Below are positions 29,929 through 43,700 of a stretch of 64,000 bases of DNA, in pieces. The position numbers were made by a program, and so were the translations under genes. The notes under the pieces were generated by a model. It was given only the letters and a program-made list of their open reading frames with translations. It ran no database searches and was not told where the DNA came from. Every line of letters starts with the position of its first letter. The stretch's first letter is position 1. Origin of the DNA: the human T2T-CHM13v2.0 reference genome, Homo sapiens; NCBI RefSeq assembly GCF_009914755.1, contig NC_060935.1, one strand, 5' to 3'.

Positions 29929-31920
29929 AGGGAGACAAATCTTTGAGGACAGCCAGAGAGAAAGGGGAAAGGTGGTAACATCATCCCCATCTCTGGAAAC
30001 CCTGCTCTGTAACTTGGCCAAAGGAGATCACAAATGAGAATAGGATTTCTATTCATATTCAGCAGCATCATGCTGTAGGAGGTACATTCTGTAAGTGTCC
30101 TGGGCTCAAACCCCTAGCTGGCCTTTTTATGCTCCCAGGATATCCCATTTGTGACCTCCCCTATTCTTGCCAGGAAGCACTTATGATTTGCTAGAGCTGA
30201 GGCAATCCTGAGCTTTAGGTAACATCTGGTGCCAAAAAGTAGGCAGTGACCTAGGAAAAAATTAAGAAATTTCACAGGTAAATTATAAAGAATCTCTAAG
30301 CAAATATAACCAACAAAAACCAAAACAAGCCAGATAGAGAATACTGGAATAAATAAATAAATCTTCAAAGCAAAGACGTTGATGTACAATACATTTACAA
30401 GAAACAACAGCTATCAGGGAACTATGACCACCAGAAACAGACAAAGCAAGGTACCAGTAACTGACCTCAATGAGATGGCAATATGTGAGATCTCTGACCA
30501 ATAATTCCAAATAAAAGTTTTAGGGAAAATCAGTGATCTCCAAGGATAACACAGAAAAACAATTCAGAAATTTATCAGAGAAATTTAACAAAATGATTAA
30601 AGAAAACAAAAACCCAGAAATTTAAAACTGAGAAATACATTTGCTACACTGAAAAATTCACTGGAGGTTTAAAACAGCAGATGGGCCAAGCAGAGAAAAA
30701 TAAAAAATCAGTGAGCTCAGAGATAAGCTATTTGAAATTATACAATCAGAAGAGAAAAAAGGAAAAAAAGAATAAAAAGAAATGGAGATACCTAATAAAC
30801 ATACCTCAAAAGACCAAATCTAAGGATTATTGATGTTAAAGGGGGAATTGAGCAAGAGCAAGGAGTAGAGAGCTTATTAAAAGAAATAATAACAGAATAC
30901 TTTCCAAAACTCGAGAATAACATGAATGTCTAGGTACAAGAAGGTAAGAGAACGCCAAACAGGTTTGCTAAATATAGAACCTTAAGGCATTTGGTAATCC
31001 AACTCTCAAAGGTCAAAGGCAAAGAGAGGATCCTAAAACAGCAAGATTAAAAAAAAAAATGCAAATAACATATAAAGGAACTCCAACTCATCTGGCAACA
31101 GACTTCTCAATGAAAACCATACAGACCAGAAAGGAGTGGGACCAAATTTTCTAAATGCTGAAAAAAAAAGAGAAACTGATATTTAAGAATACTTTATTCA
31201 ACCAAGTTAGTCTTTTATTATGAATGAGAGGTAAAGTCTTCCTGAAACAAACAAACCTAAGAGAATTTATAACCACCAGGTCTGGTCTTACCAAAAATGC
31301 TAAAGTGAATTATTCAATCAGAAAAGAAATCACTAATGTGCAGGAAAAAAAAATGAAGATATAAAACCCACTGGTAAAATTAAGTACAAAGACAACTCCA
31401 GAATATTCACGTACTGTAACTGTGGTGTACAATCCACTTAAACTCTACCATGAAGCCCAAACAAGTCTATCAATAACGACAATAGCTATAGCACTCTGTT
31501 AACAGACAGGCAACACAAAACATGTAAATTGAGATAAACAAACATCAAAATGGGGAGACTAAAGATAAAGTATAGACATTGTTTGTTTTTGTTTACTCTT
31601 TCTGTGATCTAAGTTTTTATCTATTTAAAGTTATGTTTTATGTCTATGTTTTTTGTAAACCTTGTAGTAACCACAATTCAAAACCTGAAATAGATACACT
31701 AAAAATAAAAACCAACAAATTAAAGCATAGTACCAGAAAAAAATCACTTAACCACCAAGGATGACAAAAGAAAAAAAAAAAGAAGAAGAATAGAGGGGAT
31801 ACAAAACAATGAGAAAGCCAGCAACAAAATGACAGTAATAACTCCTTACTTATCAATAATAATACTGCATGTAAATAAGCTAAATTCTCTAATTAAAAGA
31901 CACAGAGTGGTTGAATGGAT

Positions 31921-32087
31921 GCGGGGGGGCGGGGGTGGGAGGCTGGGGGAGGGAAAGCATTAGGAGAAATACCTAATGTAAATGATGAGTTGATGGGTGC
32001 AGCAAAACAACATGGCACATGTATACCTATGTCAAACCTGCATGTTGTTCACATGTACCCTAGAACTTAAAGTATAATAAAAAAAAA
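31921..32087 (+). mobile_element. Short 5'-truncated L1PA6/7-type 3'UTR insertion
   Basis: G-tract, then 'gcattaggagaaatacctaatgtaaatgatgagttgatgggtgcagc...ccctagaacttaaagtataataa' and poly-A, inside the old ORF2. Confidence 0.9.
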
Positions 32088-33035
32088 TACCCAACTATAT
32101 GCTCCCTATGAAAATCCCATCTTACCTATAAAGATAGACATAGACTGAAAGTGAAGAGATGAAAAAAATGTATTTCATACAAATGAAAACAGAAAAAAAC
32201 AAGAGTAGCTACACATATACCAGATAAAATAGACTACTTGTCAGAGACTATAAAAAGAGACAAAGATCATTATATAATGCTAAAATGATTACATAGCAAA
32301 AGATGTAAGAATTATAAAAATCTATGCACTACACACTAGAGCACCCATGTATATAAAACAAAATAATAAATCTAAAGGGAGAGATAGACTGAAACAATAA
32401 TAGCAGGAGCGTTCATCACCTCACACTCAGGAATGGACAGATCGGGTAGACAAAAAAATCAAGAAAGAAACATTGAATTAAATTATACACTAGACCAAAT
32501 AGGCCTAACTGACATCTACAGAATATTTAATCCAACCGATACACAAAACACATTCTTTTCATCAGCACATGAAACATTCTCCTGAATAGATCATATCTTA
32601 GGTCACAAGGCAAGCCTCAACAAATTCAAAGAGTAGAAATCATTTAAAATATTTTTCAGATCATGATGGAATAAAGCTAGAAACCAATAGCAAGAGAACC
32701 TTAGAAACGACACAAACACGTAGAAATTAACATACTTTTGAATGACAAATTGGTCAATGAATTAATTAAAAAGAAAATTTAAAAATTTCTTGAAACAAAT
32801 GGAAATGAAAATAAAAGATACAAAAATCTATCAGATACAGAAAAGCAGAACTTGCAAGGAAGTTTAGAGCAATAAACACCTACATCAAAAAAGCTGAAAG
32901 ATTTAAACACACAACCTAGTGATATACCTCAATGAACTAGAAAGGCAAGAATAAATCAAACTCAAAGTTAGTGGAAGGAAAAAATAACAATAATCAGAGC
33001 AAAAATAAAAAATTTAGGACTAAAAAAGCAATATA

Positions 33036-34410
33036 AAAACTATCATCAGAGTGGACAGGCAACCTACAGAATGAGAGAAAATTTTGCAATATATCCATCT
33101 GACAAAGGGCTAATATCCAGAATCTACAAGGAACATTAACAAATGTACAAGAAAAAAAACCCATCAATAAGTGGGCTAAATATATGAACAGACACTTCTC
33201 AAAAGAAGACATTTATGTAGTCAACAAATGTATGAAAAAAAGCTCATCATCAATGGTCATTAGATAAATGCAAATCCAAACTACAATGAGGTACCATCTC
33301 ATGTCAGTCAGGATGGCGATTATTAAAAAGTCAATAAACAATAGATGCTGGTGAGGCTGTGGAGAAATGGGAACACTTTTACATTGTTGGTAGGAATGTA
33401 AATGAGTTCAACCATTCTGTAAGTCTGTGTGGCCATTCCTCAAGGAACTAGAACAAGATATACCAGTTGACCCAGCAATCCCATTACTGGGTATATACCC
33501 AAAGGAATATAAATTGTTCTACTATAAAGATGCATGTACACATATGTTTATTGCAGCACTATTTACAGTAGCAAAGACAGGGAACCAACCTAAATGCCCA
33601 TTAATGATTGACTGGATAAAGAAAATGTGGTACCTATACACCATAAAACACTATGCTGCCAGAAAAAGGAATGAGATCATGTCATTTTCAGGGACATGGA
33701 TGGAGCTGGAAGCCATCATCCTCAGCAAACTAACAGAGGAACAGAAAACCAAACACCACATGTTCTCACACATAAGTGGGAGTTGAACAATGAGAACACA
33801 TGGACACATAGAAGGTAATACACTCAGGGGCCAGTCGGGTTTCGGGGGCGAGGGGAGGGAGAGCAACCAACAAATTAAAGCATAGTACCAGAAAAAACTC
33901 ACTTAACCACCAAGGATGACAAAAGAAAAAAAAAAAGAAGAAGAAGAATAGAGGGGACACAAAACAACAAGAAAGCCAGCAACAAAATGATAGTAATAAC
34001 TCCTTACTTATCAATAATAATACTGAATGTAAATAGGCTAAATTCTCTAATTAAAAGACACAGAGTGGTTGAATGGATGTGGGGGTTGGGAGGCTGGGGG
34101 AGGGATAGCATTAAGAGAAATACCTAATGTAAATGATGAGTTGATGGTTGCAGCAAGCCAACGTGGCACATGTATACCTATGTATCAAACCTGCATGCTG
34201 TGCACACGTACCCTAGAACTTAAAGTATAATAATAAAAAAAGACCCAACTATAGGACAAATAGCTAATGTATCCGGGTTTAAAACCTAGATGATGGGTTG
34301 ATAAGCGCAGCAAAACACCATGGCACATGTATACCTATATAACAAATCTGCACGTTGTGTACTTGTATACCAGAACTTAAAGTAAAATAAGAAAAATAAA
34401 AAATAAAAAA
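33036..34410 (+). mobile_element. 5'-truncated L1PA8-like 3' end, interrupted by a templated duplication
   Basis: ORF2 C-terminus (ORF 33427-33786); 3'UTR 'gggagagca|...|taggacaaatagctaatg...aaaacctagatgatgggttgata...cagaacttaaagtaaaataa'. Confidence 0.88.
33866..34253 (+). repeat. ~388-bp direct copy of 31711-32099
   Basis: Colinear from 'accaacaaattaaagcatagtaccag' to 'cccaactata'; about 18 substitutions plus a few indels by hand alignment. Confidence 0.95.
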
Positions 34411-34697
34411 GATAATAAGTTTGTTTTTTGAAAAGATGAACAAAATCAAAAACTCTTTAGTTAGACTATGTAAGAAAAATAGAAAGAAGACAAAAATAAA
34501 ATCAGAATCAGAAAAAAAACAAGACCACAGAAATGCCAAAAAAAAAATCATTAGAGAATTTTATGAACAACTATATGCCAATGAATTGGACAAGCAAGAA
34601 GAAATGGATAAATTCTTGGATTCTTGGACACATACAAGCTATGAGGGGGGAAAAAAACTGAAAACAAACAAAAAAACACCCAATAATGGATAATGAA

Positions 34698-35049
<352 letters not shown>

Positions 35050-35237
35050 CTAATGGCTTCACCACTGAATTATAGCAAATATTTAAAGAACTAATACCAG
35101 TTCTACTCAAACTCCTCAAAAATAATTTTAAAAATGAGTACTTCCAAACTCATTCAAGGCTAGCATTAGCCTGATGCCCAAACAAGACAAGGACACAACA
35201 AATAAAGAAAAGTATAAGCCAGTATCATGGACATGCT

Positions 35238-35726
35238 CTCAGATTCCACATTGAAACTAACCTTTAGTAACCTACTCCTTTGTGTGTTTCTTTATAGAAT
35301 CATAAATAAATATCCAACGTTATATGAACAGGAATTTAAAATACTACTCCCATTTCCAACTATATATATGTATGTGACACTTTTAAAAATATATCTCAAC
35401 TAAGTAGCACATCACAACAGATTGCATGCATCAGCAAATATGAAAATCCAGTCTTCTGTTATAACAAATACATTGTTAAAGAGATTTGCCAAAAAAAGTC
35501 TCTTTTCTCACTAGTTCTTTAGAAAAATATAGCTTTTACATAATATGTTACTTACGTTGACCATTAATAGTTTGTTATTATTTAAATAAATAAGTACCTT
35601 AAGTTTTTTAGTTTTAATTTCTAATAAGGATAAGTGGTAGATACAAACAAATGCAAAAAGATGTTTGGGATCTTCAGTAAGACTATGGACTATAACCGGT
35701 CTTGAGACCACAATGTGTGAAAACTG
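35238..35726 (+). mobile_element. Charlie1-type hAT DNA transposon, 3' part
   Basis: 'cagattccacattgaaactaaccttt...aatactactcccatttccaacta...cacaacagattgcatgca...aaagagatttgc', resembling the hAT transposase C-terminus; ends 'cttgagaccacaatgtgtgaaaactg'. Confidence 0.75.
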
Positions 35727-36394
35727 GTTTAAGCTTGTTTATATATGTTTGTTCCCTCCAAAAAGTATCTTTACTATTTTCTAAACCAGTTAATGTCAAT
35801 TTTTCTCATTATTATAATGAAGTAATTAATAAAACATAATTCACATTGTAGAATTAATGGAGAGAATGTTCATTTCCGAGTTTATATGAAAATTAAGTTA
35901 AAATTAAAGAGCATCTTTAAAAATTTATAAATTAGATATGAGTGAAATAAATGTAAATTACTAGAGGGAAATATTGCAAACATCTCAAAAAATCTGTCCT
36001 CATTTTTTAATATCTTTAAGTTCTTACTACCACTTGAAAAAAATTCAAACTAATTATCTTATGACACATTAAAATATATATCATGTGAGAAAAGTGATGC
36101 AAAACTCTAATTAGCAGAACCACGTGCAGTGGAAATCAAAACGACTTGCCTTCAATAAAAAAAGACTGGTTAATGACAGATTCTTTATAAATTTCAACTA
36201 AAAAGATATTTGAAGTATATATGTGAATTGTTTTTAACTATACTTAACTATTTCTTTTTGAAATTGATTGGCAAAACGCTAATCATGCTAGTACTAGTAT
36301 TGAGATTTAAGTGTTAATACAGTTCACAGAATTCACAATCCTCCAGCATGGGTCTTGTAATTACTATACAACTATTTTTTTTACACAGAAGTGC

Positions 36395-37600
36395 TATGTT
36401 TCACTATTGAAATCAACTTAAGGGATTATCTACATAAAATAAAATGCACTCATTTTAAGTATATAGTTTAATACAGTTTTGATAATTATTACCAGAAGTA
36501 ATCATCCCACGAATCAAGAAATAGAACGTAGCCATTGCCTCAGAATAAGCCTGCATGTGTAAATTCCCTTAGTCTCTACCAGATAGAAAACCAGTGTTTT
36601 AATTTCTATTGACGTAGATTCGTTTTGCCTTATACCACATTTCACACAAATACAATTATATTCTATTTGGGTCTCACTTCTCTTAAGCAAATTCTTGTCT
36701 GTATTATTAGTTTATTCTTTTCATTGACAAGTCGTATTTCTTTGTACAAATGTACAATGATTTGTTTATCCATTCTGTTTCTGATAATGATTAGGTATTT
36801 CCAGTTCAGATCTATTAAGAATAATGTCACTTCAAACATTTGTAAGCAAGTCCTTTTGTAGATATATTTTTTTCTTTTCTCTTGGGCATATACACAGGAG
36901 TAAAATTGCTGAATCCCATAATAAATATACATTACACTTAAAGGAAACTAGTAAACTTTGAATCAACATGATTCTACAATTTTATATTCCCACTAGCATT
37001 GGATAAAAATTCTAGCTGCTCAACATTGTTGCCTAAAGTTAATATTGACAACTTTTTATCTTTAATTTTATGTTGGTCATCTTATTTCTTGGAGATTTAA
37101 TTATCATTTACCTGATGATTAATGTAGAGCATCTTTTTATGACCTCTTAAAATATTAATATATTTTCAAATGCTATGACTTTTTATTGTTATTATTATTT
37201 AGTTATTTTTATATATTATAGATACATCTGTCATATGTTTATCGCATGGCATATGAATGTGATTTGAATATTATAACAGCATTTTATTAATAACATTTTA
37301 TTTTAATAACATTTTATTCATCACATCTTGTAAAGACCAGGGCTTTATTTTAATGAAGTACAAATTATTATTTCAATTATTTTTATGCTTGTTGTTTTAT
37401 CTAAGCCAGTTTTGCCTATATCAAAGTTATAAATGGAGAAATAGTTTTGCTTTACCTTTTATGTTTAGATGTATGGTCCATTTTGTATTATTTCCCAAGT
37501 GTATAGTGACATAAAAGGGAACTTTTTTAAGTGTTGTCTTGGCACCATTTTTCAAAATATTATTTTTAGTTGAAATACTTTGGCATCATGATTCACTGTA
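36395..37600 (-). mobile_element. Ancient L1M (L1ME-like) 3' fragment
   Basis: 'tacataaaataaaatgcactcattttaagtatatagttt', 'tttgtttatccattc', 'cttgggcatatacacaggagtaaaattgctg'. Confidence 0.7.
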
Positions 37601-38363
37601 ATTTACCATGAGACATTTCAAGGCTATAATATTAATGATAGCCATAGGAGCCCCTCAGTAGTCTCCTAGGGCCTACACTTCAAATCGTTTAGCAGTATGA
37701 TGCAATTTTGGCTGGAGATTTCCAACCCTGACCTGGGAATTTCTAGGAGAAAAGGCCACCTCAGTTTCTCATTCACTCTGTTAAATTACTTGCTAGAATT
37801 ATTCGAACAACTTTTGTCTTACTAACTACATTTGTATTAGATTTGCTGCTAGGAATGATTTCAGGAAATAAAAATGATTAAAGTCTGACATTAGTTTTAT
37901 GATCAGTAGGTATATGTGATATTAGTAGTCAATGATACCATAGATATGCAATAACTTATAACATACAGTTGTATAGAATGGTATAACTATTAAGCACCAA
38001 GGTTTGGGAGACCAAGATGTTGAAATGTGGCTAAATGATAGTAGCCTGAATGGTTGTCTTTAATTTCACTGAGATGGTAAAGATATAAAATAACAACAAA
38101 TTCAAAGCTTAAAATCTTGATTCAATGTCCATTAGAGAAACAACAAGCATAAAATACTGCTCTTAAAAAATCTTTTATATATTATGAAACAATGCTAATT
38201 TATCTGTAAACCAGAAACAAAGACTTCTTTTGATGTCAGAATTAAAATATAAGTTGAAATCACTACTTTATTAAGCATGACCTGTGGAATTTAGGGTATT
38301 AAATGGTAAGAGTGGAATCCAGGACATTGTAGTGAGGATATTTGAGTGAATGTAGTTAAATGA

Positions 38364-38744
<381 letters not shown>

Positions 38745-39229
38745 TAAGCTATATGTTTAAGGAGACCATAATGTTTTTATTAGAGCCAGAATGTTTTCAA
38801 GAGGCTACTGTTCTGTGGAAGATCCACTTACAACTCGAGACTCAGCTAGAGTCAGACATCAGCTTTCCTCATTGCCCTCAAGATGAAAATTTTGTTTATA
38901 TATAGAGAGAAATGCACACACACATACAATTATTCTATGAGGAAGCACTGATCTTCTAGCTAAACTCTACTAAATAAAATGAAGTTTGAGAATATTTACT
39001 TAAGTATGTATGAAGGGAACTATTATGTGAATTAAAAATAAATTAGCATAAAAAGACAGATATAGTGACTTATCAAACCTTATGTTTAGTTTTGTGTGGA
39101 CAGGGTGAACACATCCAAGTACAAGACACAGCTACACATGGTTAGATGAAAGCATAATATTGTTCTTGTTGTGTTCAAAAGTTAACTGCAGCTATAAGGA
39201 CCACTATAGATTATTATGGGAGGAGATAA

Positions 39230-39400
39230 CTCTGCTCTTTTGTTCTCCATAAACCCTGGTTCCTTTTCTGCACTCATAAGAATCACAGTTGCTGGAAACA
39301 TAGAAATTACATTTCTTAAACTCTTCTGTCAGCAGTAGATTCAAGTTTAGGTTACAGTAAAAAGAGGTACTCCCAGAATGAAAGAAAAGTAGAAGAAAGA
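39230..39400. mobile_element. Possible LTR33/LTR16-like ERVL LTR fragment
   Basis: 'ctggaaacatagaaattacatttcttaaactcttctgtcagcag...tttaggttac' resembles the LTR33 core. Confidence 0.35.
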
Positions 39401-39582
39401 TAAAAATGATTATTGCACAGGTGCATGCATGTCATGGGATGACTTAAAATTACATTTTAATAGAGACTTTGTCTGTGCTGTTTCTTATAGGTACCCCATG
39501 TGCTCACTTTGAGTGTTACAGAAAGTTAGTGGTGGCAAGTCTTCAACAATTGAGGTTTGTGATGGTTAAAAAAGGAAGATTC

Positions 39583-39931
39583 GGCCAGGCACAGTGGCTC
39601 AAGCCTGTAATCCCAGCACTTTAGGAGGCTGAGGTGAGCGGATCACAAGGTCAGGAGTTTGAGACCAGCCTGGCCAACATGGTGAAACCCTGTCTCTACT
39701 AAAAAAATACAAAATTAGCTGGGCGTGGTGGTGAGTGCCTGTAATCCCAGCTACTGGGGAGGCTGAGGCAGGAGAATGGCTTGAACCCACGAGTCAGAGG
39801 TTGCAGTGAGCTGAGATCGTACTACTGCACTCCAGCCTGGGTGACAGAGCAAGACTTCATCTCAAAAAAAAGAAAGAAAAGAAAAGAAAAGAAAAGAAAA
39901 GAAAAGAAAAGAAAGAGAAAGAGAAAGAGAG
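39583..39931 (+). mobile_element. AluS (Sg-like) with (GAAAA)n tail microsatellite
   Basis: Full dimer; tail 39864-39931; TSD aaaggaa(g/a)attc. Confidence 0.95.
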
Positions 39932-40338
39932 AAAGGAAAATTCAGGAATTGCAGAAATATCTAATAATTGAACAAAAAAGTTTATTGTCTCAAATAAAAG
40001 ACAAAAAATGATTTAAATAAAACTTCAAGAATAATATAAAAACAAAGACAAGAAGAAAAGAGGTGACTCATGTTTTGACAGGCATTGGTAGACAGATTTT
40101 GTTGCTACTATCCCAGCTTCTATAGAGAGCAAAGACCACCAGACATTAGAAGCATGAGAAGAACACAACCACAATAAATTAGATGTAAACATAGAAAACC
40201 TGAAATTCTGGTAGAAGCCTTCTGAGTTTATTCCTAAATTCATATTGGAAACTCTTAGATATATGAGTTGGTAAAAATGATATGGTAAAATGATTGAAAG
40301 ATCCAGAAAAATTAAGTGATATAAACAAGTGTTAAAGC

Positions 40339-40796
40339 TGTCAAAATCAAAATGGAGTCACATGTGTTAGAGAAACACAAAAGCAAAACTCTGACAAATA
40401 AAGCTAGGGAAAGCTATAAAGAGAGGATTACTCATGCATTAATGTCTGACAATGAAAAGTATCACAAAAGATTCTCCAAAACCACACTCTTGAAAAAGGC
40501 TACCACCACCTTACACAAAAACTATTTCTGCAAGGACATTTTTGTAGTAGTTGCCTGCACAGTGTCAGAGTAGTGTTACCCTTGTTATTGATTCTTGTAA
40601 TCAAGAATAATTATTTCAGAACAATTATGTAATCCTCCTCATTTTCTCTATAAAATCCTTTGTCTTTTATTACCTCCATGAATACTTAGTAAACTAATAG
40701 TTTACTAAGGCACACATATTTCAATGCAATGCCTTGTTCCCAAAGAAATACCATTTTCTTCTTGAGAGCCTTGCTGTGTTTCTATTAAGGTTAACA
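40339..40796 (+). mobile_element. Solo ERV1 LTR (LTR37-like)
   Basis: TG...CA termini, 458 bp: 'tgtcaaaatcaaaatggagtcac...accttacacaaaaactatttctgcaaggacat...acaattatgtaatcctcctcat...aggttaaca'. Confidence 0.75.
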
Positions 40797-41749
40797 GAAG
40801 AAAGAGAAAACACTCAGAACTTTGATCATTGAAAGTGGAAAAGCTCCTAAAATAAATGAACCTTACCTTGACTTCCATGTGATGAGTGATGAAAAATAGA
40901 GAAATGATCCTATACTTTGCTTTCTATAGGTATATGGATATCTTTTTAATTGGTATCAATGTGCAGCCAGCGTATGTTTGAGAAACAAAGAAAAGTCGTT
41001 TCAGATTGTACTTCTCTCAGGAGTAAAACTTGACAGTATCTATGGTAGATAATCTCAGACAATGGGGTATTTAGTAATCTGCATGCCCAAGATAGGAGAA
41101 GTAATTATAGATGGAAGAAAAGCATCCATGTCTGTGAAAATTACCTTGGATATTAACAGAGAGCAAACAAACAAAAAAGGATGCATAATGAGAAACTAGA
41201 AGTAGATTCTAGCAAATGTGCATTTCCTGATGTAGCTAATTTAATTCAAAAGGAAAAATACACACCCAGAAGAGTTGGATCTAAGTCAAACTTATACCAA
41301 GTTAGGAAGTTACACACTTTGCAGATAATGTGTGAAGGACTCCATTGATTTGAAATATCAGGCTGCATTATTGTTGCATTTGTCTTGTGAGACTCAGTTT
41401 CACTTAGTGCAAGGAATGTATGCAGAGCACTAGTTTTAAAACTGTTTCAAAATTAAAATATGTACCTTCATTCGCTATGGCTGATTATTGGTCCTTGCAA
41501 GGTGCTAGCTAGTGAAAATGCTCAAAAATGACTATCAAAACTTTGTAGAATCTTTTGGAATTATCTTCTGTTTTTGAACATATACATAACTTATAATGCA
41601 ATAATTTGACTTTTTATTATGTACCTGAGAGAAAAGCATAACTCAAAAGAGACTTGTAGAAGAATTTCAGAGGAAAATAGTATTTCTAAAGGACAAATAT
41701 ATATACATATTTTATATATATAGATAAAGAAAGCATAAATGTCCATGAT

Positions 41750-42170
41750 ACAATCATAAAAATGAATGAACCTTAGATATATGCAAAAACATGGGGTAAT
41801 TTCATATTACATTATATTACTAAGCACAGGAAGTCAAGAATTATATATAATCATGTATATAGCTATTAAAAATGTAAGAATCTGGAAAAAATAAAAGAAA
41901 ATAAATCAACATCTACAACATCAACAAAAAAAATCCTTTTTTACGAAGGTTTTTAAAAACTGGCAAATTAACCTTCACTGTTAAATTTTAGGGTATTGGG
42001 GGATTTTTTGGATAGAAAGCAAGAATAGTAATTGAGGGAAGACCAGGGGTGTCTGAGGCCCTCAAAATGTTTTATGCATTAACCTCTTTTGAGGTTTCAC
42101 AACTGTGCATGTTTGGATAATTTATGAATACATATAGTTATGTGTTGTGTCCTTTTTATGTGTGAAAAAA
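41750..42170 (+). mobile_element. Ancient L1ME 3'UTR fragment
   Basis: 'aaaaatgaatgaacctt...atgcaaaaacatggggtaatttca', 'aaaactggcaaattaacc', 'aatgttttatgcattaacc'. Confidence 0.55.
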
Positions 42171-43339
42171 AGAAAATTTACTTAAAGTGAAAAATTTGGC
42201 ATTAATGTATAATGTCATAAAATGTCAAGAAATACATATAAGTAGTGATTAGTCTTTAAGTTGTCACTGTTACTTAGAGAATAATTGCAGAAATTCTCAA
42301 AAGCCAAATGGCCTGAATTCTAATAGACTCAAGTTTCTCTTAGTTTTGTGCTTAATATTTCACTCTAAGTTAAGAGCAAGAACATTGCTTAATATTTTTA
42401 AAAGTTATTCTACTTAATGCACAAAGCAGCTTTATAATGGATTCCCTCAGCAATTTATGCTAAACCAATCCCTAATTATTCTTAAGAAAGGAATTATTCT
42501 AATGTTTATCTGATGCATTTTCAAACAATTCGTTAATTTTATTAGTGTCTTTGCTAAAGATTCAAAAATCTATAAATATGTGGATTTTTCCCTATTGAGT
42601 ATATATCTTGTATATTTATGTATTGCACTTACCCCTCCATATTCTCATTCATCTAGTACCTGACTGTAGAATGAGCTCCTACATGCCCAGAAGTAAGCCT
42701 AATTTGACTGTGTCGATCCAGTATCCAATATTTGTGACACACACATACACAAACCTTATATTTTGAAAGATTCAATGTTGAATGGTATCTAATTGGTTTG
42801 GATTCAGGTTGATAATAATATTTCTAATAAACTCAAATTTATTCTTTGATACTAAAGATTTTAAAACTCTGTCTACTACTTAAAAGCCAAAGCAAAAATA
42901 TCCCATGTTTCAGAGTCACTTAGTAGTGCAGCTCACACCTAGCATAGAATGGAGCTATCATTTTCTTCTTTATTAAAAATGCATTCTAGAAGTGCCATTT
43001 GAAGAAAAGCAAGAAAGCTAGCTTATATATAAGCCTGATGTTTAATGTCTATTTATGAAAAACAATAAGTAACATGAATTATTAATTGTCTTTGTAGTTA
43101 ATATTTTTAGAGTATATTACAAACTGAAAGCTGTAAAAACTTTAATAAAGGACTTTTACATAAATTGTGGGTATACATTACACATGCATAAATACAAAAA
43201 CACTATACATCATGGGGAACTTTCACATAATACATTATGACATGTACTCCTCATTTCAACATAGCAAAGCATGTATTAGTCCCTCTCCAAAGATAATAAG
43301 TTTAAGACTCAGATGGGTAATATTTTTTTAATCAGGGGG

Positions 43340-43700
43340 AAGCCAGTGGGGAATGCTTACTTTGTGCCTGACCCTTCACCATGGGCTTTTATACAATGTT
43401 TTGTCTAAATATACATTCACTCACTTCATATACATTCACAGATCTATGAGTCTTACTACTATTCCAGTTTTGCTAGTAAGAGAACTGATACTATAAGACT
43501 GATTTATAATCAGACAGAGCAGGGTTCAAATTTCTATCTTCATTGCTATTACTAGATACTTAAGCTCTTATAAGTTTATTATTTTATAGATGTGATAATA
43601 TATTTGATCAGTTCATTAGATTCTTGTGATAATTTAAGGAAATAATGAAAAAATTGGGGTAGCAGGGTACATGACACATAGTGTTTAATAAATGCTATTT
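43340..43700. mobile_element. Two adjacent MIR fragments in opposite orientation
   Basis: 'tactattccagttttgctagtaagagaactga' (minus) and 'gtgataatttaagg...acatgacacatagtgtttaataaatg' (plus). Confidence 0.5.

Noticed and set aside
37270-37320. Short tandem repeats of taacattttatt
   Set aside because: Ordinary slippage duplication in an AT-rich L1M relic, not a CRISPR-like array
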